DNA of 64,000 nt from Paraspadella gotoi. Taxonomy: Eukaryota; Animalia; Chaetognatha. A model generated the notes under the pieces. The model was not told where the DNA came from. It saw nothing but the letters and a program-made list of their open reading frames with translations, and searched no databases. The stretch spans positions 20,426,248 through 20,490,247 of the forward strand of contig CM119264.1 of the NCBI GenBank assembly GCA_051294375.1, read 5' to 3'. Numbering within the stretch: the stretch's first letter is position 1; each line of letters begins with the position of its first letter. The translations under genes were made by a program, and so were the position numbers. Shown piece by piece: positions 11,262 through 25,100 of this stretch.

Positions 11262-14200
11262 TCTTTACGAAATAGAGGAGATAAATTTTTGAATCTTTCT
11301 AAGGAGATGAAAATGAAAAATGTGGTTGTTGTCGCCTGGACTCCCTGGATCTCACAGTTGTCAATATAAAAAAAATTGGGACTGTATTCTATTGTACACT
11401 GCGGCGCAAAAAAAGAAGACACTTTTTTCACACCGAAAAAACTATATTGGATGGATAAATTTTACTGAGATATAGAAACATAAAACAAAGCTTATTGAAC
11501 GATAAAGCGATTGGTCCAGGTCCCATTAAAATCGATTAAAGCGTTAGAAATTTATAGGACGTCAAAGTTAATTGGTACAAAACATCTGAGGAGAATAAAT
11601 TAATATTAATCTAGAAGAGTCTCTGACTTTTCCTTGTTATAATATATTTATAATATGAAATTAGCTGAACAAATTCAGCATAAAATATCTCTAGGGATAA
11701 GTGTCAACCATTTTTAACCTAAATAAAATTAAAATAAGTAGGGAAATTATATAAAAAAACAATCTTTTAAAAATAAAGAAAAAGCAGTTGAGTGATAACT
11801 TACCCTAGGTTAATTTTAAAGCTTTTTCATATCAAAGTTTTTTTCCTTATGGCATCTTGTGTTAAGGCAGCATAATATAAACTTTTACAATTATATTAAA
11901 ATTATTTTTTAAATTTTTATCATAAAATTATGTTTTAATTTTGAGATAATTTTAAAAATTAATTGTTTTCAATATTTATTATTAAAATGTTATATTTGGC
12001 AGTAATAAAAAAAATATTAAAAAAAAATAATATAAATTTATTGCCAACCCTTTTATATGTTTAATTCCATTATGATTTTTTTAATTCTATATTGTAAACA
12101 TCAGTCAAAAAAAGAAATGTTAGCAATGCTAACCTTTGGAAATCACATTTTCCTAATTCCATTTTGAGACTTTGACTTTAAAGTCTTGCTATATTCCACT
12201 TCCTGAACCAATTCAGATTTTTTCTTGCACCAATCAATAGCTCTTTAAAAAAGCTATACTTTTCATATAAATTTTCTCAAAATTAAAAAAGAAATAGTGG
12301 TGTATTTGAAGCTACCTAGTGTTTTCTTTTTTTTGCGCCGCAGTGTAGGCCGAAAAGTTTACGCAGTAATAGATAAGAAAGAATCGCATTAAAAAAAAAA
12401 ATTGCATTGTATTGATATAGTGTAACTCTGTAAAAAATAGTTAAAGTTAAAGTTAAAGGATAATTTTTGGATAAACATTCTATATCTCGTTCAAATATTT
12501 TTAAAGAAAACAAACGCAAGTGTACCGTAATGGCGATAAATTTGATATATAAAAAGTGAGAGTGAGGAAGGTTCGACATGTGAATAAATAATTGAAAAGA
12601 GATAAAGACTCTACAGAATTTGCGTTTTTAAATAGGAAAGCCCGATGATACATATATATTATATAAGCAACAAAATAAGGAATTATGAATCATATTTTAA
12701 AACTTTATTTTTAGTTTCTTTTTTATATCGTCCTTAATGTCACATAGGTCAATGGTTATTCATGAGAAGCATCGCCAAAGCGTTTTAAAGCAAAACCATT
12801 AGACGAAAGATGGAACAGCAAAAATCCAACGTTCAGCTTAGAAGAATGTCAAGACATAAACGAGAGGAAAAGAAAAGATAAAAAAATGAATGAAAGATGA
12901 AAGAAAGATGTGAGAAAAGGAAGAGAAAAGATAGAAAGAACGAAAAAAATGATACTTATATAAATAATAATATTTTATGTTATAATAATTTAAACAGGTC
13001 ATATATTTTGAAAAAAGATTTAAAATTTTAAATAATTTACTTTTGACACTCTTAATTGAACCAAGGCTGGGCAGCTCACTATTTATATTAGAGCTTTCGT
13101 AAGTATATCATTCTCTTCATATTTTTAAGGGCTTTCTGAAGATATTTATATTGTTAATATTTTAATAAATACTTTGTTTAAAAAAGTGCTAAAAGTAAAA
13201 AAAAAAATTTAATTTAAAAACAGTGAGTTGGAAAATGAAACCCGATTTTACAAGCCAACTTTCTCCACTCATTGTCAAGGCATATCTTAACTGATCAATA
13301 TAAAATTTTAACACATACATAGTTTTAGTATTTTCTACTCAACTAATTTTTAAAATCAATGAAATAACCACTGTTTTGCAAATGACAGCATATTTCTACC
13401 GGCGCTTGTAGAATTGTCACCATGTAACCTATAGAATTTCTCTATGATTACTCACGGTGCAACTAAAAAAAAAAGATAGAAAGATACATAATGTATTACA
13501 TATACCTGAAAGATATATATACCAGCCAGATACTCTAGAAGGGTATAAACGAGACTGTGAGAGAGTTGATTGAAAGATTTCAGTAACCTGCTATGCATAT
13601 TATCTTGTAAGAGTGATAGAGGCCTAAATCTATTAAAGCCTGTTTAAAATCATGAGCAATATAACTTAATTATTAAATGAATATATAATTTCATATTAGT
13701 CGTTCCATTTTTATTTAAAGAGGCAAAGAAAGAAAAAGAAATAAAAAGAGAAAAAGAAAGGTAAAACATAAGATTAGGAAAGAAATAGAGAAAGAGAGGG
13801 AGAAAGATATAGAAAAAAAAGAGAGTGTGGGAGAGAAAAAGAGAAAAAAAGAGCTGGGGGAAAAGAAAAAGAAAAAAAGAAAATTAATTTAATTAAAAAT
13901 AATATAAAAAATAATATTACTTTTAAGTTTATTATCTCATGAGTGAATCATCTTTCAGTGATAAAAATAGGTTCATCTGAAAGCTCTTGAAAAATACACC
14001 ACAATCATGATTAATACTTAATTTTACTTACTTGCTTTAAATACAGATGTAATCATTAATAAAGGTAAAGATATTTAAATTTATTTTATTAGTTTTTCTC
14101 ATTTGTCCTTATTTAGTTTAATTACAAAAAAGGCTTAAACTATTTAATTTTACGTTTTACAAACAGAAGTAGATATGACTTAATTTTAATAAATTATATT

Positions 14201-17200
14201 GAATAATTCTGTACTATTATAAGAATAAATGATTATAAAAGAAATAGATAATAAAAAATATGAAAATTTTACTTGTAAGTCGATTATCTCATGAATGAAT
14301 TATCTTAAAATGATGGGAATGGGTTCATCTGAAAGGTCTTGAAAAATGCATCAGGATAAATACATAATTTTACTTATTTCCCTTAAACGTGCTTTTTCAA
14401 AAACCGCTCTAGTGCATGTACGAAGGTCTCCCCTAAAAGTTTCCTGAATGGGTTTTTTCTGTTAATTAAATCGATCTAAGGTTCATACGTGATAAGTTTT
14501 TATATTTAGTATTTATTTATTTTATATTACGTTTCGCCTCAGTTATTTTCTGTCTTTTTCCCTCTTTTTTTTTGACAGTACTTAAGTTGTCCTCAGCTTC
14601 AGTTCGGCCAAATTATTTACTAGTTATTTCGTCGGTCTTTTGTCATTCTTTTGTCGATCTCCAAGTCGTAATTTGGCGAGACTCATGATCAATCTTTAAT
14701 ACGTTTTATGACTTACTAAAAGTAGCATAGCCCGTCCTAAACATAAGTTTTACAGAATTTTTATGGACATTTTGATAGAAAATACAAGTTTCTAAATCTT
14801 CATCTCTACTTTTCATTCATCATTTACTAAATATTCAGCGGAAAAGATATCCTTGTTTGATCACTCAAATAAAATTTATGTTCCCCAGTGCTCCACTCTA
14901 ATCCACAGTCCTAGGGTAACCGCGCCAGTGACTGGATGCGTCACTGAGGGTCGGAAGCCTCCAAAGCCAACAGTGAGATGCCCCATCCCAATGCCATACT
15001 ATCTTGCCCCTGACTTTGGACAGGCTTTGGTGGTTTAAGGCCTCCATCACTCTTACATATATACTCTTATATAACTTTTAAAGCTCTACCAGAATATATT
15101 AAAAAAAATTAAAAATTAGAAAAAAAGTTTGAGCAAACAATGTCGGATCTGCCCACGATCATTATCGGTAATTAATAATTAAATTATTCAAGTTAATTAA
15201 TTAATTAATTTGATCCTAAATGTTTGTTTTTAGGTCTTTTTGTCACTAATCACGACAAAAGCAATGACAACAATGAGAATAATGCCGATAATGATTGACT
15301 TGATTTATTGACTGATTGATTAATTATTTATTAATTAATTGACTAATGAATTAATTATTTGATTAATTAATACATCCTGCATTTACATTTGATATAAAAG
15401 AAAAAAGAAGCATAATCAATTAGTGAAAAAGGTTTTTTGTTTTTTCCATTTAAACAAATTTCCACTAAGACGAATCCATCGAAACTTTATTTCCAGCTTA
15501 ATCACACACTTTCCTAACCACATAACAAATTCAAGGTCAATCGCCCCATCCACTTATGAGAAATTGGTGTTCAAATAGTGAAATATATTTTTTTTGTTTT
15601 TTCCATTTAAACTCATTTCCACTCGGACGATTCCATCGAAACTTCATATCCAGCTCAATCACACACTTCCCTACCCACACAAAAAATTTCATTCAAATCC
15701 ATCCATCCAATCACGAGTAATTGGTGTTTTTTGCTAAGATGGGATGGACGGACGGACGGATGGACAGATGGACGGATGGACATAATTTTTTTTGCATAAT
15801 TTATAAAAGTTTGATTTTATTTTTGCAACAAATTTTATTCTTACAAGAGCAGACATGTTTCAGCTCACAGTACGAGCCTTCATCAGCGCATATGATATAT
15901 CATAATTCAATGTTCTGACATGATATAAGTGTGTGCCCGACATTATTGAGGGGGCGGACCGACGAACCGACAAAGTTAATTATAGAGTCGGGATCTGCTG
16001 ATAAGCAGATCTGACTAAAAATTTTAAACTTTATATAGTAATAAAATAATCTTTAAATGCTTCCTTGCGCTTAACAATAAGATAAATTTTAAAAATTATT
16101 TTTATTTATATATTCTCTAACAGTCACTTAACCATTATTTATTTGAGAGAACTTCTAGTTTTCTACCTGTTCCAGCCTATTGTATATGTATATTATACAT
16201 TAAGGCGTAGTAAATTTTATAAATTTAACTTTAATTAAAATTCTAAAAGTCAGGAACGAACAATATTATATTATTGAACATTTATGTAATAAAAACATTT
16301 TTAATAAATTTGACAATTTACGCAGTAGGCCATATTTATACTAGTACTAATCCAATAAATGTTAAAATTTCAAAACAGTTTTTTCTAAGATTTTTTTGCA
16401 GATTTGGATTTTTCATAAAAATTTGGTAAAAAGAAATATAACTCTTTTTTAAAAATTCCTTCATTAAGTGGGTCAAAAATTATAAAAAGCTATATTTTAA
16501 GCTGAAAATTAACTTTTTATATATTAAATATAGTTTTTTTTTCATTTTTAACCCACTTAATAAAAAAAATTTTAAAAATGATTAATATTTTCTTTTATCA
16601 AATTTTGACAAGTAATTCAAATCTGTAATCAATTTTATCAATTTTATAAGGATAGTACTATATATAAATATAGTATACTGCAAAAATTAAAAAACATAAG
16701 ATTAATTTTTTTTACAAATTAATATTCACTGAGGTATGTTGTTTATAATTAACTTTTAGAATTTCTGTACATAACTTTCACTACGCTCTATTATACAATA
16801 AACATGGTCGAAGAATCAAAATGATAAGTATAAAAAGTAAAAGGAAAATAAAGAAATAAAGCAAAGAACAAGGGAAAAAAATATTTGGAGTTCATGAGAA
16901 AAAAAATGGAAGAAAGTGAAGAACAGCGTTAACCGGAGAGACTATCTCAAGCTAAATGGCTCTCTTAAACCTCAAAAGAAAGAAAGAATACATTTTTAAA
17001 AAACAGGCTTGCGCTCTCTGTAGAGGGATTGAAGGTTAGGAAAACGAAACTTTATTGTCATGGTAAAAAGTTACAAAACTTAGCTTGTAGTTACTAGAAA
17101 TGAGTGGGAAACGCCAAATGCTGCAAGATATGAATATGTATTTATTATGTATACATTTAAAAAAAAATTCATTGGAAAACAAAATCTTACAGAATTAGGA

Positions 17201-19147
17201 AAACCTGCTTCGTTTTAAAAGTCAATTCCATTTTCTGGTGGCAGATTTTGTCACTGTTGAAGGACATAAAACTTAATATGGAGTATGGAGTATGGAGTTC
17301 GTCTATCTTTACTCAACTCATTGACTACTACAATATAAACTTTCCTTTTTTAGTTGTGCTTTGAGTACTCACGGATCAAGTCAATTTAATTTACTTTTTG
17401 GTTGGTAGATCGGCCGGTTAGTCTGTTTAACTTACGTTTTAAATTTTTATTTGGTAAGAAGGGGAGGTATATACTTATGGAGTATGTTTTATGAAATTTG
17501 TACAACCAATAGAAAAGTTATACATTCATTTAATAAATAAGCTATCTTGCCTCTGACTTTGGACAGTAGAGCGTAGTAAAAGTTACATACAGAAATTCTA
17601 AAAGTTAATTATGAACAATATACCATCAGTGAACATTAATTTGTAAAAAAAATTAATCTTATGTTTTTTAATTTTCGCAGTATGCTATATTTATATATAG
17701 TACTATCCTTATAAAATTGATTACAGATTTGAATTCCTTGTCAAAAGTTGATAAAAGAAAATATAAATCATTTTTAAAATTTTTTCATTAAGTGGGTTAA
17801 AAATAAAAAAAAAATATTTAATATATAAAAAGTTAGTTTTCAGCTTAAAATGTAGCTTTATATAATTTTTGACCCACTTAATGAAGGAATTTTTAAAAAA
17901 GAGTTATATTTCTTTTTACCAACTTTTTATGACAAATCCAAATCTGCAAAAAAATCTTAGAAAAAACTATTTTGAAATTTAAACATTTATTGGATTAGTA
18001 CTAGAATAAATACTGCGTAAATTGTCAAATTTATTAAAAATGTTTTTATTACATAAATGTTCATTAATATAATGTGGTTCGTTCCTCACTTTTAGAATTT
18101 TAATTAAAGTTAAATTTATAAAATTTACTACGCCTCATTGGACACTGGACAGGCCCTTGGTGGTTTAATGCCTCCATCACTCTTACTTTTATATTTGTGC
18201 TGTCTTGTGATCACCAAGCCAGAAATTCAAATTCAAATATAATAATTTATTTTAATTAATATTTGCCAGACTGACAAAGTAAGAATATGCTTCTAGTTTT
18301 ATATAAAGTACTGTCAATTGTTATGCACTGAAATGTACTCTGTTTTATAATATACTTATAAAATCATGTAATTATATAGAGATACAGTCGTATAATCAGA
18401 AAGTCAATGCAAAAAAGTTTGTTTAATACATAATTATTTTAGTCAATACTTAACAAACCATTGATCAAATATTAAATGCTTAGTGCGTATTTGTTTTATA
18501 TTTGTGTAGTCATGTAATTATCAAGATAATTGCTTCCTCAAAAGAAAGTCAGGGCGGCGCAACACCTCCGACTTGACGGTTCTTATCTTGTTCTTCTTTT
18601 TTTATCTTTATTATTTCTCTCGTTTTGTGTTGGTCTCTGACCATTGGGGTGTCAAAAAGGTCGACAGAGTTATGGGTGCTCAGGAAACTGCGGAAAATAT
18701 TTTTTTTCTTGATCAGCAATTTTACGATGTTTGTTGTGAAAACAAAACGAAACAAAAACTTTTGACAGTCGTTAAAAAATAAAGGATGTTTAACTGTTTC
18801 TACGTCCTATAAGTATCTCGACTATTAATCATTATTTTCCTATTTTTTTATCCTATTTTATTTGTTTTTTCTCTACTTTTTTAATCTTTTCTAGTTCAGT
18901 TTAAATGACTAATATTATTAATATTCTAATTACGCTAAAGGCGATATTCCAGAAAATTGGCCTTCAAACAAGCCTTTTCAAAGGTTCCTTATCCCCTAGA
19001 GCTTATTTGCCCTTTCGCTCGTCCGTCTCTGATTCTCTTCTTTATTTTTCTTCTCCCCTTTTTTTAGTTGATCCAGTCTATGCCCTCTTGCAGAGCGCAT
19101 CGGAAACGCGAGATAAAGCCAGGTCGAAACGGTCGGGAGCAATGCCA

Positions 19148-19187
<40 letters not shown>

Positions 19188-22100
19188 CTTAGTGACATGT
19201 TTGACTTGCCCAGGTGATGGATCCTTTGATGACAGCGAGGAAGGGTCTATTTCCGGTCGCCGGTCAGCAACGTCGGAGGAGGCAGCGCTGGCGGCAGAGG
19301 CGACGCCCTACGATTTGGGCGGTGCGACGCCCCGCCTCCCGCCAGGTGCCGACAGCGCCGTCGCGCCTGCAGCGCCGCAAGGTGAGACTAGAAATAAAAA
19401 CGCTGAACGGAGCCGCGATGGTTGTACGAAGCGGTTTTTTGAGGTTCTGAAATTTATGAAGTACTATTAACCTCGTTTGACATTAGCGTACTTTACGTAT
19501 ATATGAGCTGCAAAAGTTCAAATGAACACTGTCTTGGTAGAATTTACTTTAAAATATTATTGGATCAATGTACTTCAGTTTTATTATATAACATTTATAT
19601 TATATAAATTTATATTCATGAGCAACCGTTTTAACCCCCGCCTCGTTTTGTCATAGTCATTCAAAAACAATAAAATTCGCTGGATAATACGTATAATTCT
19701 TTTTATATTTTTACACGGATTTCAAATGGGAGTGAAATGAAAAGAGTTTTTAAAACTATTAACTGACTGACTAAAATTTTTGTTATTTTATTATAATTTT
19801 AGGATAATGTCTTAGGAGCTTTCAAAAACATTCTTATTAGTATCTTTCAAGGTATAGTTGGAATTTTTGAAATTTTTGAATTTTTTATTTTCTATAAATT
19901 TTAACTAGAAAAGCTATAAAAATTAAATGGCTGTCATAATGGTTTTCTGATTGCACATGCTCAGGCACATACTCCAATGCCTATATCATTAAGATAAACC
20001 AAAATTTGTAAACATTTTTTTTTCAAACATTTTTTTTTCGTTTTTTGAAATTCGACCACAGCGTTGATAAGCACATAACTAAGAAAGCAAGCAAGCTAGC
20101 AACGAAGAGAATGGATTATCAAGTGGCTTGTCTCTCTTGGCTTCTCCGTCTTTTCTTTTGATTGACCAATCAGAGAGGAGGCTTCCCTGAGGAACTTACC
20201 TTCAAGAAACAAACATCAAACTCCTTATGGACTATTTGTTATATTGTTTATTGCCTGCCTTTTCTCTGCATAATCTACATATTTTGTATGTTAATTATCA
20301 TCATCCTAACGTGTTCTTATGTCAATAAAACTCCTCCTATTTCTCCCTTAATAAACCACGCCTTCTTCCTTCGTTGTGGTGGCTCACCACGCCTCCTAAG
20401 AAGACCACTCTACCGGAATTACGCTACCCTACTTTAGAAGTAACACCATTTTAGGTCATCCTCCTTAAAATAAAAAACCCCCAAAATATAAAAACTCTTC
20501 TTATTTAAACCAAAAAAAAATAAATGAAATTTAAAAAAAATAATCTCCCATTAAGTTAAAGCGATGAAAAAGAACCCACTCTCCCCCCCCAAAAAAAAGT
20601 TTCGTGAAAAGACAAAAAAAAAAATCAAGTAAAAAAAACCAACTCTAAAAACAATTTTATTTTGCGAATTCAGGAGTGCGTTCAATTGTAGCCTGAGTGC
20701 AAAAAAAAAAAAAAAATCCCTCCCAAAAAATATTTAAAACTACACATTTTCCAAACTTGAAAACCCGATTCCTCAACTTTTAAAGCTTAACAAATAAAAA
20801 AAATATCTCTGATATATTAAACTTCTAATTTTAAAACTCCCCCCTCCTTACGTTGCATAAAAAAAAAAAAAAAACGACGCCAAACTTATCAAAAGATCTT
20901 TTCCCGACGACCGTGTGTTTTCTCTCTGAGCCATGCCGTCACGTGACCCAGCATTGCTCCCAAACACAAAAGAAAAACACGATCTCTCCCTGTTAATCCT
21001 ATCCAGAATAAAAAGAAGCCAAGGCCAAAGTCGCGACATTAAAAACAATAAAATTTCTCTCTCACCCTTTAACAGAAATGCTCCTACACATAAAAAACCA
21101 GTACCAGAAAAGAAACTGCAACGGCCAAACAATGGCCAATCCGTACCAAATGAAAAGTCAATTTGAAAATGCAGCTTCTAAGCTCATTTCTCACCCACCA
21201 CCCTCCTCTATTCTCGCGCCAATAAGCAATGAAGATGAAATAATTTTTAAGAAATGCGATCTCTACTACAAGTACTTTTCAGCCCCCTCAACATTTGATG
21301 GACCACACATAGGAGTAATAAAACTATTTCAAAATAACTTAACTCATGAGGCCCGACTTTCATTTAGAAGCCCAAGCACCTCTTATGATCTTCAAATTGA
21401 ATCACAAACCAAACCTTGGCAAATGGATATCGTACCCATTCAGTCTAAAACGAACTCCACAAATGTGAAACATATTATTTGATCAGGCCAGAAAAAAATT
21501 ATGATTTGTACATTAGGTGCTATGACATTGAAGATGGCATCATTTTTAAAGCTGAATTTGATCGTTTATCCCGAGAAAAGAAAATAAAAGAAGAAAAAGA
21601 AAAGTACCAAACCATTCAAAATCTGAAGGTACTGAGGACAAAGATAAATGTAAAGACGAAGTAAAAAACGATGTAGAAAAGACTACAGAGGAAGGAAAAG
21701 AGCTCGAATCAACTTGCCACAAAACTGGAGAAGAACAAAAACAGGCAATACCACCCAAGAAACTTACCATAGAACAGGTATTTGCCGAAATATTTTCTGG
21801 GCAACCTGAACTAAGGAAAAAGAAAAAGGCCAGCAACTCTCCTGCTACAAACACTCAACTAAACCAAACCATAAGGAATTCAGAAATGCAAACAGATGCC
21901 TTACAATCCAAAACACTTGCATTGACAATTTCAACACAAACAGATAATCCCCCAAATTGTAATATAGCAGAACAAAATATACAAACAGAAGACCTTAAAG
22001 ACCCACAAAGCAAAACATTTAAAAAGACTGTTTCAACACAAAGGATCGCCCAAATAGCATTACAATGGCAACACAAACTGATGAACCCCCAAATAGCATA

Positions 22101-25100
22101 AAATGGCAACACAAACTGATGAACCCCCAAATAGCAATACAATGGCAACACAAACTTAGAAACCCCCAAGCAAAAGTCTACAGGTTCTACCTGACTTCTC
22201 CAATTTGATTAAAACTCTCTCAGATACCCGAGATGAAATATCTAATCTTTACCACACTGACCAAGCTGGCCTTGAACATACAAAAAAATTTGAGATCAAT
22301 CAAAGCAACAAGGAAACTTACAAAGAAGAAAGACTCAACCAAAGTCATATCAATGAATCAGTATTTATTAGACACATTTTTTTCCGCAACAAATGGTCAT
22401 AGAAACTTCGGAAAACCACCATTCGATTCGAAATAAAATTCTCTTTCAAATGATGTGCTATATGATTAACTTATTTAAAGATTTCGCTTGACCCAGCGGC
22501 GTCGAAGTTCCACATGCGTCAGATTCATTGATTTATGTATATTTTGAAACGTTGAAGGGATCTTATGTGATGTTTTTAATCATTATGGATTGAAATGAAT
22601 GTAAAACTCCGATGTAGTTGTAATTTATTAAAATTAATAAAAAGTATTAAGCAAAATATACCGGAAGTGTAATTTTAATATTTTTAAACCAATTTATCTT
22701 CTCTCATGAAAGTGACGGCAAGAGGCAAACAATTCTTGCGTTGTTATTGTTAACTGAATCTTTAAACTTGAAGTTCATAAGACACTTTGTTTGGCTTAGG
22801 GTGAGATCGACGATGTTCTTCAAAGCCCTGAAGCATTGCTTCATGTTGCATTTTATTACGGGTTATTGAACCATTGTAATCACTTGCAAATTTAACCACC
22901 CTCTCCGCAGCATCATTGAGTGGCGAAAATCCATTTACAAGCTTGCAGAATGAGTGGTAGTTGGCGTTATCATTACATTCTTCCACAGGTTTTGACAAAA
23001 AAGATGGCTCAAAGTGACAAAGCTGTGTAATAAATTATAATAGTCATTGAAATTAGATATAATTAATATAAAATTATTGATAAAATATTGCAAATGAACC
23101 TGAAAAAATAACCATGAATCAGCCGAAACGTAATCTTCTAATTTCTGTTTTCATATACGCATGGTATTTCCGGCTTTCCCATTTCTACTTGGACCTTTTC
23201 AGAGCTCAAGAGGGCTTCAGCCATCGACATTCTAGTTGAGTTTGAGACTTTTTTTGAAGCCAAAGCGAGAATAACCGAGTGGCCAGAAAGATATTCGGTA
23301 TGTAAATCAATCTTTCTTAGTCCAGCATGGGCCCCATCGCGATCCCTTGATCGCCACGCCATTAGATCTTCATGAAGGGAGACAGTAAGGAATGGAGCAC
23401 CCGCCATGAATGGACAGCAGAACCAGTAATAAAATTGAATGTACAAGATGAATAAGACATCACCAAGACATCCATTTTCTGCTGGTGACTCAAAACAAAA
23501 GAATCACCAACGATCAGCATTTTGAGAATGTAGAGGCAGCTACCCATCCAACGAGCGTGATGTATCGTGCTTAGCCTTTTTGTCATGTGAAGTTGAGCTT
23601 CTTTGCCGAAGAAAAAGAGACGAGATCAACTGACTTCATATTAATTTTATTATGAGTGTGCTTTTGGCAATATAATGATAATTGATTTCTAAAATCTAAA
23701 TAAATCTGCAAACTACAAAGCATTTTGTGCATAATTATTTATCTAATTTTACTCTATTCATATTCTACTAAAAATATGACATTGTAATCTTTTTCCTTAG
23801 TTCTTCCTTAGTTCTTCCGAATTGTTTTCAGGTGAAGCAAAGGGATTCGCGCGTCACCCAGTTGCCAAAGGTTAATTAATTCTAGAGCTACGACATAAGC
23901 AGTCTCATTTTTATCTCGCTGGTTTTTGGGCTGAGTGTAAAAAATGTCAAAGAACCGTTCCAATACTGCTGCCCCTTTTGGTGGTTCTGCCGGCGGTGGT
24001 CGAAAGTTCGCTAAGCGCTTGCAAATACCAAATTCGGGAAACAGAGGAAACTCGGCCCCTGTAGCAGAACGAGTGTTCATGATTAATGGACTGTCAGTAA
24101 AAAAAGATTATTCTTAATAAATTAAACAAAGAATAACTATCTATCAGTCACAGAAATTTAATAATTAACTAAATTATATCGAAAAATAATAAATATTGTA
24201 ACTGAGAAAGAGTTCCAATTTGGATGTTGTTACCAAGTTGCTTTCAACTCGCCTGGGTCAAGCGAAATATTTTTAGAAAGTAATTAAATTATATACCAAA
24301 CGAAAGAGAATTTTATTTCGAATCGAATGGTGGTTTTCCGAAGTTTCTATGACATTTGTTGCGGAAAAAAATGTGTCTAGTATTTATCATTCAAAATAAC
24401 ATAATGGAACCGTCCCACAGACAGTCATCCAAAAAAAAAATAAAACCGGATAAAAGCCACTTGAACATATGGGCATAAATACCTATTCAGTCTTTCCATA
24501 GTAATGCTACGAAGTCTTAGGTAAGATAACAGTTTCCAAAAATTATTCTTTTTCAAGTTTTAAGCAAATCTCTATTTCGGATGAGTCTTTGTGAGGTTTG
24601 TTTCACCCACATGGGTCGAATAGAAAAATTATTTGACTTTGTTATGGTATCAGCACTTTGTCTAGTTTGTTAACAAACAAAAAAAAGATTTTCATAATAT
24701 GTCACTATGTATGATATAAAAAACATAGTAAAAACTCATCGAATTTCAGCCGATTTCAATCAACCAGATTTAGTTCCTAATGATACATCTTCACACTAAT
24801 CAGTTACTAATTTAATCTCATCCGCATTCGTCCGCCATTTTGAGAAATTTAAAAATGCTTTTCATTCAAAAAATAATAAAAAAGAATTCGATATTCTTCA
24901 GAAATTACCATATTATTCTTTTCTTTGATGGATTTTCCGATCTTAATTTGCTTCGCGCACTTTTAAAGAGATTAAATTAATGATTTTATATTTAGCAAAC
25001 GTACACCTATTACTTATAATATAAATATCAAAAAAATATTAAGTTAGGTCAATTTCTTTGTAAAATCAAAATTATAAATCAAAAGTCGTTCAACTACCAT

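Noticed and set aside
13915-14385. Diverged ~110 bp direct repeat pair
   Set aside because: Visible but no termini, TSD or open frame. Probably an old TE fragment.
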